Assembly: GCA_963843555.1 (NCBI GenBank)
Contig: CAWJKV010000005.1
Location: forward strand, 224,001-288,000
DNA from: an uncultured Methanosarcinales archaeon
GTDB taxonomy: Archaea; Halobacteriota; Methanosarcinia; Methanotrichales; Methanotrichaceae
Reading direction: 5' to 3'
Length of the DNA: 64,000 bases
In this document: positions 10,313 through 18,905 of the stretch, piece after piece
Layout of the letters: every line of letters begins with the position of its first letter
How positions within the stretch are numbered: position 1 is the first letter of the stretch
The notes under the pieces: model-generated
The model's input: only the letters and a program-made list of their open reading frames with translations
The model's database searches: none
What the model was told of the DNA's origin: nothing
Translations under genes and position numbers: made by a program

Positions 10313-11851
10313 CTACAGTTTATACCGCCTGCCCTCATCCACCAGTACCACATTTTCGAAGCTCTCCCTGAACCAGTCCCTTGCCTCGGTATGGACAGGC
10401 ACTATGCAATCCGGGTCGATCTGCTCGATGGCCCAGGTGATATCCTCCCCGGATGCATGCCCCGAAGCATGGTATCGTTTATCAAAGGACAGAGACCCAT
10501 CTTCCTCCAGCGAAAAGCCGCACGAATTGATATTAAAGCGCTGGAGCCAGTGCCAGAGGCGAATGAAGTCGATCTCCATCTCCTCATTGAAGGCCTCACA
10601 GGCCGAGTAGATGTAGGTTCCGCCATCCGGCTTTATGTCCAGGAGGTGCTTCATATCAAAGAAGGAGAAGCAGAGGATGTAATCCTCCGGGTTCTCCCGA
10701 ATGGAAGCATAATCTACGTATCGATCTCCATAGAGAGATGAAACAACCTCCTGCTCCCACTTTCTCTTCGACTTGTCGGTGATCTCGCTGTAGATCCAGA
10801 GGCCTCCGGTCGTGCACGATCCGTCGATGCACTGCAGGTTGTGCAGCATGTAGACATCCTTGGCCATGGCCACCAGCTTCCTGCCCGTCTTCCGGGCGAT
10901 CTCCTGGAAGGACTCCAGCCTCTCGAAGTTCCGGGGTGAGAAGTCAGCTATCACAAGGCCCTGTGAGCTCTCCACTGACTCCCGGCAAGCTTCGCCTACG
11001 GACTTCTCCGAGGTCTTCTCATCATCTCTGGATCGGCTGGCCCTGGTGCCTTCCGTGATCAGAACCGAAGCCTCCCTGGCATGCCTGATGAACTCCCGGG
11101 TGGATTGCTCCTGTTTGCCGTGCAGTCTGAAGTCCCCCGTATAAGCGACAGTGGTCTCGCCCCTCAGGATGTAGGCCGTGGCCCCAAAGATGGAATGGTC
11201 AACAGGATGGGCAGAGATCTCAAAGGGGAAGGCGGCATTATCAAAGCTGCAGCACTTTCCGGGTTCCAGCTTCTTGGCCCTCTTGCCATCCTGCCCCGGC
11301 CTGCGGGATAAAAAGCAAGCTAGAGCCTCCGAGGGCTCCTCTGTGCAGCAGAAGTCTCTGCCCTGATAGTTCATGCCGGCCACAGATGATAGATAAAGGC
11401 CCAGTTCGTCGGAAGGCTGGCGGGGAGAGAAATAGGTGGTGTCCCCTTCCAGGGATGTGCTGGCTGTATCCTGCATGCCCTTCATTATGACAATGCTCTC
11501 TGGCGAGGTCACGATGGGGATATCTTTTCTCAGCATCCCGATGTTCCCGCAGTGATCCATATGGGCGTGGCTTAGAAGGACGGCGGCGACGTTGAGGGAG
11601 GGGTACTGGCCCATGGACAGATCGGATGGTATGAGATCCGGGCGGTAGATGTTGAGCTTGGGCAGGAGATCGAGGTACATCAGGTCGTGAATGCCGCGGG
11701 TGTCCCGGTTTTTCAGGAACTCTTCGTAAAAGATCCCGTATTTGCCGAAGTTCTTGCCGAAGTCCAGGAAGACGCCTTTTCCACCCTCTTCCAGGTAGAT
11801 TTTGTTGCCGCCAATTCCGTTGGCTCCATCATAAACTGTAAGCGATACCAT
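10313..11851 (-). CDS. Metallo-beta-lactamase/beta-CASP nuclease, RNase J-like
   Basis: IGGNKI, LSHAHMDH, VDHSIFGA, YTGDFRLHG, HASGHAS, VPVHTE motifs. Confidence 0.88.
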   Translation of the reverse strand: MVSLTVYDGANGIGGNKIYLEEGGKGVFLDFGKNFGKYGIFYEEFLKNRDTRGIHDLMYLDLLPKLNIYRPDLIPSDLSMGQYPSLNVAAVLLSHAHMDHCGNIGMLRKDIPIVTSPESIVIMKGMQDTASTSLEGDTTYFSPRQPSDELGLYLSSVAGMNYQGRDFCCTEEPSEALACFLSRRPGQDGKRAKKLEPGKCCSFDNAAFPFEISAHPVDHSIFGATAYILRGETTVAYTGDFRLHGKQEQSTREFIRHAREASVLITEGTRASRSRDDEKTSEKSVGEACRESVESSQGLVIADFSPRNFERLESFQEIARKTGRKLVAMAKDVYMLHNLQCIDGSCTTGGLWIYSEITDKSKRKWEQEVVSSLYGDRYVDYASIRENPEDYILCFSFFDMKHLLDIKPDGGTYIYSACEAFNEEMEIDFIRLWHWLQRFNINSCGFSLEEDGSLSFDKRYHASGHASGEDITWAIEQIDPDCIVPVHTEARDWFRESFENVVLVDEGRRYKL

Positions 11852-12168
11852 CTTATTCCTCCTGGCCGGTCGTTGCTCAATCTAAGAGGCAATCATTGGG
11901 AAACAATATAAGTTTTTTGATAGAATAGAGTAAAGCGAGTTACTATGGTGTCTCTGGATTCTCAGTCCATCTTGAAACCGTATGCCGGATTTTCAGATGA
12001 TGCCCGGTGATAGATCGCTCTTTCTCTGCCACGGGGACCATTTTCCTTTCTCTGTTCTTGAGATCGCTGCGCTGCCCTCAGATCATAGTTCCGAACTTAT
12101 TTTACTTATATGACGTATCTACTGATAAGTATCAATCTGATGCAATTCTAATATGATTAGGTGATAAA

Positions 12169-12547
12169 ATGAAATTCGTTGGAAAACTAGCCCTGGGAAT
12201 TCTCATTGTAGCGGCTACGCTGGTTGCGGTCTGCGTCGCCCAAGACGTGGTTCCAAAAGCGATCCCACAAGCAATAGTTTTTGTGGATACTAATTTTGGC
12301 GGCGATCATAGACATTTCTTTGATACAGATCCAGATTGACCAGTGGCTCGAATGAGTGGATCGATGATATCTCATCGATTGTAGTACTTTATGGGAATTA
12401 GTCTTTCTATGAAAATCCTGTAGGTGCGGGAGACACGGCAGCAATCCACACATTACATTAGGGCCCGGAACTTATCCAGATTTGACCAAATTGGGCGGCA
12501 TAGCGGACAATACCATCTCACAAGTCCGTTTGAATTCAGCATCGTAA
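12169..12547 (+). pseudogene. Secreted beta/gamma-crystallin domain protein, disrupted (frameshifts and an in-frame TAG)
   Basis: Manual translation: signal peptide MKFVGKLALGILIVAATLVAVCVA, then IVFVDTNFGGDHRHF..., DDISSIVVLYGN*SFYE..., LGPGTYPDL..GGIADNTISQVR. These form two Greek-key motifs. Not in the ORF track. Confidence 0.75.
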
Positions 12548-12854
12548 AGAGAAGATGTAGATAAGGTCCATGCTAAGATCCTTTGGATCAAGCCTTATTA
12601 TCACAATTATTTTTTTTAAAAATTACCATAGAACATTATGTGTTTCGCTATCCCGAATTGTTCTATAGATATCGATTTTGACCAATGAAATGAGGCCAGT
12701 CAACAACTTGTTTCAGAATGAAACATATCTGTTGATGAAGTCACTCCCAGTTAGCTCTCTGGAAATGGTCATGGGAATATCATGAAACACGTCTATTGAT
12801 GCTGATTTGCGTGGACCGCAAGTTGGTTCTCTCTACTGGATACTACCATGAAAT

Positions 12855-13004
12855 TTACATCAAAACTGGCACGTTACCTTTGAGGATCAACTCGCAATCC
12901 TTTTTAACTTGCTTATTGTAGAATATTCTGTATCTATACTTGGGCACCAACACGATGTGGTAGGTGATTTGACCATAGCCATGGCTGAAGCTGCGCAATT
13001 CCAA
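12855..13004 (-). mobile_element. tnpA: Truncated IS200/IS605-family transposase (TnpA N-terminus)
   Basis: Manual translation LELRSFSHGYGQITYHIVLVPKYRYRIFYNKQVKKDCELILK; YHIVxxPKYR is the Y1 transposase N-terminal motif; GTGAT SD-like sequence upstream. Confidence 0.85.
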
Positions 13005-13118
13005 CGCTTATCACATCCTAGCTATAGGTGGGTGGCACCACCTGTGGCTAAGGTGCCAAGTACAACCTCATCTTAAGAGAATCAATGTTTTATTGATTTA
13101 AGAGAGTACAGAGAAAGG

Positions 13119-13172
13119 GCGAGGGTTCACTTTATCCCCGACCTGAAGGTCGGGGTATTCGTGACCCTTCGC
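13119..13172. mobile_element. IS200/IS605-type subterminal hairpin
   Basis: CCCCGACC-TGAA-GGTCGGGG (13136-13155) inside an imperfect outer stem GCGAGGGTTCAC/GTGACCCTTCGC; about 115 bp from the tnpA remnant. Confidence 0.65.
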
Positions 13173-13204
13173 GCTACCAATGTAATAAAGATATTCACTA
13201 AAAT

Positions 13205-14068
13205 GTGAATTCCAAGAAACAGGAAACAGGAGAGATGCTTCAAGAATTTTTGAGGTTAATTATGAAAGGTAATAACTGGAAAATAAGTCTATTCAATTGG
13301 TCCGATATTCTAGTATCGAATTTAATTACTTTTATCGAAACTGTTTTCCAAGGATTATGGTTTGGTTTTCTAGAACAAAAAGATTTTAATATTATCACTA
13401 AAATGTATTACTCATCAACAGGAATGTACCAGGAGGAGGTGTATAATCTATCAGGCTTTTGGTATTGGGAGGAACAAATTGTAAACAATTTTTTTAAAGA
13501 TTGTCGAACAGTTTTGGTAGGGGCGGCAGGAGGGGGAAGAGAAATAATAGCCTCATCAAAACGAGGAATAAACGTGGAAGCATTTGAATGCAATAACGAT
13601 CTGGTATTATATTGCTCACACTTATTAAAAAAATATGGTATATTGGCAAAGATAGTCCTTTCAGCTCCTGACCATGTTCCTGATGAAATGGGAATCTATG
13701 ACGGACTTATAATTGGTTGGGGGGGATATATGCATATCATTGGCTACGAAAATCGAGTTCAATTTTTGAAAGAATGTCATGAACACGTCAAGCCGAATAG
13801 TCCGATATTCCTCTCATTTTGGACAAGGAACGAGTCCAATGTGTTTGATTTTCATAGCACAAGGATAGCAAAATTCATTCGTTTTCTTCGAAGGAACGAC
13901 GAGCCTATAGAAATTGGAGATACGATAGATTTACCTGGTTACTATCACAGGTTTACCAAAGACGAGATCGAAAAAGAACTAAAAGAAGCAGGATTCCTTT
14001 TAGTGTTCTATTCTGAATCTGGCGTACCGCATGCTGTAGGAAAAGCATTTGATCAAATATTGAATTAA
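13205..14068 (+). CDS. Class I SAM-dependent methyltransferase (start may be 13235 or 13262)
   Basis: VLVGAAGGGRE motif I, VEAFEC motif II, YDGLIIGWGGYMH; strongly AT-rich. Confidence 0.75.
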   Translation: MNSKKQETGEMLQEFLRLIMKGNNWKISLFNWSDILVSNLITFIETVFQGLWFGFLEQKDFNIITKMYYSSTGMYQEEVYNLSGFWYWEEQIVNNFFKDCRTVLVGAAGGGREIIASSKRGINVEAFECNNDLVLYCSHLLKKYGILAKIVLSAPDHVPDEMGIYDGLIIGWGGYMHIIGYENRVQFLKECHEHVKPNSPIFLSFWTRNESNVFDFHSTRIAKFIRFLRRNDEPIEIGDTIDLPGYYHRFTKDEIEKELKEAGFLLVFYSESGVPHAVGKAFDQILN

Positions 14069-14250
14069 TAATCATGCTAATAACCAGATGTGATCGGTTA
14101 TATCATCCTGCCCGCTTTGCCGGACAGTCGAGTTTATTCATCCCTGTTTCTTTCCATACTATTCATACTGGTATCGATTACGTATCTTGGGGGCAAAGAG
14201 CAGATAATATAAATGCTATAAAAGCGCATTATGCTTATGAAAAATTTCGT

Positions 14251-14410
14251 TTATTGCTGGATACACGTCAGAGCACAGAGTATTCCTGTGGGGCATCTGC
14301 CCTTCAGACGGTTCTAAGCTATTGGGGAAAGGACCTGGATGAAAAAGAGCTGATGGAGCTGATGCATACAACTCCTGAAACAGGCACTTATCCAGAGGAC
14401 ATTGTTAGGA
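14251..14410 (+). pseudogene. Peptidase C39-like N-terminal fragment
   Basis: RQSTEYSCGASALQTVLSYWG (Q...CG catalytic Cys motif); truncated before the His/Asp residues. Confidence 0.7.
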
Positions 14411-14414
14411 CTGC

Positions 14415-14631
14415 CAGTTTATCACCGTCTTCCCTGTGATAATTCCCTTATACGTTTATAGACGATTCTAGATCTGCACTCTTCTGGTCTCATCTCATAG
14501 CGATTCTAATATTCGTGCTAATTGGCATAGCATGGGCAAAGTATCTGAACAAAAATATGCTCAAAGCCGGTTTAGCTCTAGGAATATTGGCAGCAATTAC
14601 TATATCTGTAACGTATTACTTCGGCTGGTGA
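14415..14631 (+). pseudogene. C-terminal fragment of a VIT1/CCC1-like membrane protein
   Basis: Manual translation FITVFPVIIP...FIDDSRSALFWSHLIAILIFVLIGIAWAKYLNKNMLKAGLALGILAAITISVTYYFGW*. Confidence 0.5.
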
Positions 14632-14846
14632 TCGCATTCAGCTATTCATCTTTGAGGTGATATTTTAGTTGAATATAAGGTAGAATAAACAACAAAAGAT
14701 GTAGCTACTGGTTGCAGACGTCTTCGATAGCAAGGCAGCAGCTGATGCCGCTGTGAAAAAGAAAAAAAGGGTTTTGCTCCAAGTTTTAAGATGGTAAATG
14801 CTAACTAGTTTGGAGACAATATCTGTCTATATTTTGGAGGAAAATT

Positions 14847-17219
14847 ATGTCAAACCAACCCGATAAACATCTTCGTTCGGTCCTCCCTATCCCGGATCTG
14901 GTGCAGCACGGCCTGACCACTTATGATGCGAAGGACCCGGACACCCGATTTCTGCCCATCCAGCGGATCGAACCGCCAGAAGGCGCGCCGAATGTTCTGA
15001 TCGTCTTGATCGACGATGCCGGCTTTGGCTCATCCAGTGCGTTTGGTGGCCCGTGCAAGACGCCAAACTTTGAGAAGCTAGCTGCGGGTGGCATCCGCTT
15101 CAACCGCTTCCACACGACCTCGCTGTGCGCGCCGACCCGCGCTGCGCTGCTAACAGGCCGCAATCACCACTCGGTCAACATGGGCTGTGTGACCGAGCTG
15201 GCGACCTCAGCACCCGGACAAACCTCATTGCGCCCGAACACTAAAGCGCCGCTGGCCGAAATCTTGAAACTGAACGGCTACAATACCGCCCAGTTCGGCA
15301 AATGCCACGAGGTTCCGTTGTTCCACAACAGCCCGATGGGACCGTTTGACATGTGGCCCACCGGTTCGGGCTTTGAGCATTTCTACGGCTTTATTGGCGG
15401 TGAGGACAACCAGTGGTATCCCTCGCTCTACGATGGAACCAGGCCCGTCGAGCCGTCCAAGACACCTGAGCAGGGCTATCATATGACCGAGGACCTGGCC
15501 GACCATGCAATCACGTGGATTCGAACCCAGAAATCGATCATGCCGAACAAGCCATTCTTTGTTTACTTTGCGCCCGGTGCGACGCACGCGCCGCATCATG
15601 TGCCAAAGAAATGGATTGATAATTACAAAGGCAAGTTCGCCCACGGCTGGGACAAGCAGCGCGAGATCACGTTTGCCAAACAAAAAGAGATGGGAGTGAT
15701 CGCCAAAGACGCCGAGCTGACTGCCCGCCCCGCTGAGCTTCCCGCCTGGGATGACATGCCTGCCGCGCTCAAGCCTGTGCTGGAGCGGCAGATGGAGACG
15801 TATGCCGGATTCATGACGCACACCGATCACCAGGTCGGACGCATCCTCGACACGATCGAGGAACTTGGCATCATGGACAACACGTTTATCTATGTGATCA
15901 CCGGCGACAACGGCGCTTCGGCAGAGGGTACGATCAAGGGTACCTTCAATGAGTTCATCCCGTTGAACGGTATGGGCGATGTCATTGAGACGCCCGAGTT
16001 TCTGAACGCCAATCTCGAAAAGTGGGGCGGTCCCGAAGCCTATAACCACTACTCAATTGGCTGGGCGTGGGCGATGGATACGCCGTATCAATGGACTAAA
16101 CAGGTCGCCTCGCACTGGGGCGGCACCCGCAACGGCACCATCGTGCACTGGCCCAAAGGCATCCAGGAAAAGGGCGGGAACCGCTTCCAATTCAGTCACG
16201 TCATTGACGTCGCACCTACTGTTCTCGAAGCAGCCGGCATTCCTGAACCGGTCCAGGTACATGGCGTGACCCAATCGCCGATGGAAGGCACGAGCATGCT
16301 GTATGCGTTCAATGCGACGAACGAGCCGGAGCGTCACGACCTGCAATACTTCGAGATGTTCTGCAACCGCGGCATCTACTACAAGGGCTGGAGCGCGTGC
16401 ACCAAGCATCGAACGCCGTGGGTACTGGGGGTAGGGCTGAAGTTGCCTGCCTTCGACGACGATGTCTGGGAACTGTATGATGGCAGCAAGGACTACAGCC
16501 AGGCGCATGACCTGTCCAAAGAGAATCCGGAGATGCTGCACAAGCTGCAGCGCCTCTTCCTGATGGAAGCGACAAAGTACAACGTCCTCCCTCTAGACGA
16601 CCGCAGTGTTGAGCGGTTCCTTCCGGAGCTGGCGGGCCGACCAACTGTCGCCAAAGGCAAGAAGCAGATCTTCTTCCCTGGGATGAAGCGGATCTCGGAG
16701 GCGACCGTCCTTAACACGAAGAACAAATCCTTCCAGGTTACAGCGCAGATCGTCGTGCCCGACGGAGCGAAGGGGACCATCGCCGCCCAGGGCGGCGGGA
16801 GTGGTGGCTGGGCCCTGCTGATGGAAAAGGGTGCGGCGCGCTTTGTCTACAACCTGTTCGGTGTCAACGTTTTCCTGACAGACGCCACTAAGCCCGTGCC
16901 CGCAGGCGAGCACCAGGTGCGCGCCGAGTTCGCTTATGCCGGCGGTGGATTGGCCAAAGGCGGCACAGTAACACTCTACTACGACGGCGAGAAGGTCGGC
17001 GAAGGCAAGGTGGCTGTTACGGTGCCGGTGATCTTCTCCGCCACCGAAGGACTCGACATCGGCCGCGAGCTGGGTACACCTGTGATGCCCAAGGCGAAAG
17101 TCGAGGAGACCGTGTTTACCGGCGAAATCAAATTGGTGGAGCTGAGCATCGGCGACGACGATCACAGCCATATGATTGATCCGGAAGACTACATGCACAT
17201 GATCATGAGCAAGCAGTAA
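14847..17219 (+). CDS. Arylsulfatase (Cys-type, formylglycine-dependent) with C-terminal beta-sandwich domain
   Basis: PNVLIVLIDDAG, LCAPTRAALLTGRN (CxPxR), FGKCH, GDNG, SHVIDVAPT; GGAGG SD. Confidence 0.95.
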   Translation: MSNQPDKHLRSVLPIPDLVQHGLTTYDAKDPDTRFLPIQRIEPPEGAPNVLIVLIDDAGFGSSSAFGGPCKTPNFEKLAAGGIRFNRFHTTSLCAPTRAALLTGRNHHSVNMGCVTELATSAPGQTSLRPNTKAPLAEILKLNGYNTAQFGKCHEVPLFHNSPMGPFDMWPTGSGFEHFYGFIGGEDNQWYPSLYDGTRPVEPSKTPEQGYHMTEDLADHAITWIRTQKSIMPNKPFFVYFAPGATHAPHHVPKKWIDNYKGKFAHGWDKQREITFAKQKEMGVIAKDAELTARPAELPAWDDMPAALKPVLERQMETYAGFMTHTDHQVGRILDTIEELGIMDNTFIYVITGDNGASAEGTIKGTFNEFIPLNGMGDVIETPEFLNANLEKWGGPEAYNHYSIGWAWAMDTPYQWTKQVASHWGGTRNGTIVHWPKGIQEKGGNRFQFSHVIDVAPTVLEAAGIPEPVQVHGVTQSPMEGTSMLYAFNATNEPERHDLQYFEMFCNRGIYYKGWSACTKHRTPWVLGVGLKLPAFDDDVWELYDGSKDYSQAHDLSKENPEMLHKLQRLFLMEATKYNVLPLDDRSVERFLPELAGRPTVAKGKKQIFFPGMKRISEATVLNTKNKSFQVTAQIVVPDGAKGTIAAQGGGSGGWALLMEKGAARFVYNLFGVNVFLTDATKPVPAGEHQVRAEFAYAGGGLAKGGTVTLYYDGEKVGEGKVAVTVPVIFSATEGLDIGRELGTPVMPKAKVEETVFTGEIKLVELSIGDDDHSHMIDPEDYMHMIMSKQ

Positions 17220-17281
17220 GAAAGAGTGGTTCTCAGACCGGGCAGGTCTCCGAGACCTACCCGGCCTGGAGGAGAAATAAC

Positions 17282-17803
17282 ATGAGCAACTTCGGCTTTG
17301 ACCCAACCAAGTTCACAAGCGCGCAGCTCCAAACCGAGGGTTGGATTCGATTTCTGGATACGCCCGAGCAAGTATTTGCGCGGATAGCCGACCACGAGGG
17401 CATGACGGAATGGGTACCGCTGCTCAAAAGAGTCACAGTCACTCATCCGCAAAAACTCGTGCCGGGCGAGAGCGCCATCGGCACAACGCGTGAGCTTGTT
17501 TTTCAAGGAGGCATTACATTGGTCGAGCACATTGTGTTTTGGAATGCGCCTTTGTGTTACGCGTATGACACCCAAGGCAAAGGATTCCCTTTGCAGAATT
17601 ACATCGGATTGATGGGCGTGGAGCCGACAAAAAATGGCGGCGGTACGTTTATCTTTCGAGAATATTTTGACGTAAAAGGGCGCGTCAAACAAGCTGTGAT
17701 CCCTCATGGTGTTGTGCCCCCGATGCGACAGGCTCTGCATAAGTTGAGCCAATTGATTGGCGGAACAGAGTACGACGTCAAGCATGTCAATGTGCAGCAT
17801 TGA
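17282..17803 (+). CDS. SRPBCC (START-like/polyketide cyclase) family protein
   Basis: PEQVFARIADHEGMTEWVP, GTTREL, EHIVFWNAP; GGAG SD. Confidence 0.85.
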   Translation: MSNFGFDPTKFTSAQLQTEGWIRFLDTPEQVFARIADHEGMTEWVPLLKRVTVTHPQKLVPGESAIGTTRELVFQGGITLVEHIVFWNAPLCYAYDTQGKGFPLQNYIGLMGVEPTKNGGGTFIFREYFDVKGRVKQAVIPHGVVPPMRQALHKLSQLIGGTEYDVKHVNVQH

Positions 17804-17833
17804 TTTGTAGAGCGAGAAGAGTGGCGCTCTTCG

Positions 17834-17863
17834 AATTTCTGATTATGTTAGAAATCAGAAATT
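17834..17863. terminator. Inverted repeat downstream of the SRPBCC gene (terminator or operator)
   Basis: AATTTCTGATT-N8-AATCAGAAATT perfect 11-bp stem. Confidence 0.4.
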
Positions 17864-17911
17864 ATTACAGATAGCATCATCGCACTCTATAATATGGTTA
17901 ATTTGGCTTTA

Positions 17912-18047
17912 AAAAATAGTTGCGTCGCAACTATTTTTATTTTAATAGGATACTTTTATATCGTGAAAGAATAACCATATAGTAGCAAAAAAGGATTTTA
18001 GATGTATATCATTTTATAATAGCAACTAAGATAGTTGCGCGCAACTA
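17912..18047. promoter_or_regulatory. Pair of related palindromic operator-like sites flanking an AT-rich promoter-like stretch
   Basis: AAAAATAGTTGCG-T-CGCAACTATTTTT (17912-17938) and TAGTTGCGCGCAACTA (18032-18047), plus half-site GCAACTA at 18022. Confidence 0.6.
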
Positions 18048-18192
18048 ATTTTTGAGTCGTTCTATGAGTAAATCATTCGCTCTGTTAAGACGAAACTTCA
18101 AAAATTGGAGCGAATCCCTGACAGTGGACAATTATGAATGGGCAGTGGCCCTGCCCGATACCTCGATTTCTAAACCGAATTTCTACAGTCAC

Positions 18193-18897
18193 TTATGCAT
18201 GCTTTCTCACAAACAGATCCCCGAAGATCTCCTCTTGTTCCAGCCAGACCTGTTTTCTCTGGGCCATGAATAGCAGTGAGACGTAGTTTGTGACTCCGTC
18301 CTCGCTCTTGCTATTTCTGCTGTTTATATCCTGGAATGTTATCGTCTTGCTGGCCATGAACATGTCGTCTAATATAGGTCCCAGAGCTTTGATCCGATCC
18401 TCAATCCCTTCATCGTGAGACAGATCCAGAGCCTTCTCCTCTGTGGTGGGCCACCGATCCCGCATGGCCTTCCTGCGGCCCACCATCTCCGCCTTCTTGA
18501 GTTCGCTTATGAGCTCTTCCAGGGTCACAGGCCTCTTGGTATGCCTTCTTACCGGAGGCCGGGGAAGGGTGTCCTCTTTTTCTTCCTCTTCTTCCAGCTC
18601 TTCGATCTCCTCCATCTCAGGTTCGGGTTCCTCCTCTTCTTTTTGCCCTTCCATGGAGTCGGATTTCATGCGGAGAAGAATGCTGGCATAAAGCAGGGTT
18701 CGGGCCGGTATTCTCAGGTCCCTCTTCTCCAGAGAGTCGATATACTGCAGGAACTTCTCCGTGGTCCTGGCTATATCGATATCCCAGGGATCAATTTCAC
18801 CCCTCTTAGCAAGCTCTACCAGTACTTCCGCCGGCTCACCGAACTCGAATTCATCAGGCAACTTTGTGGAATCCGGGACGGATGGATCTTCGGTCAC
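18193..18897 (-). CDS. scpA: Segregation and condensation protein A (kleisin)
   Basis: GEIDPWDIDI, LLYASILLRMKS, RPVTLEELISEL, LEQEEIFGDL; directly downstream of smc. Confidence 0.93.
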   Translation of the reverse strand: MTEDPSVPDSTKLPDEFEFGEPAEVLVELAKRGEIDPWDIDIARTTEKFLQYIDSLEKRDLRIPARTLLYASILLRMKSDSMEGQKEEEEPEPEMEEIEELEEEEEKEDTLPRPPVRRHTKRPVTLEELISELKKAEMVGRRKAMRDRWPTTEEKALDLSHDEGIEDRIKALGPILDDMFMASKTITFQDINSRNSKSEDGVTNYVSLLFMAQRKQVWLEQEEIFGDLFVRKHA

Positions 18898-18905
18898 ATC
18901 TCACC

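Noticed and set aside
12398..12400. TAG in the crystallin gene as a pyrrolysine codon
   Set aside because: It replaces an expected Trp (TGG to TAG), the gene also has frameshifts, and no pyl genes are in view.
14700..14765. Short coding-like stretch LLVADVFDSKAAADAAVKK upstream of the sulfatase
   Set aside because: Too short and stop-interrupted to assign; possible gene remnant only.
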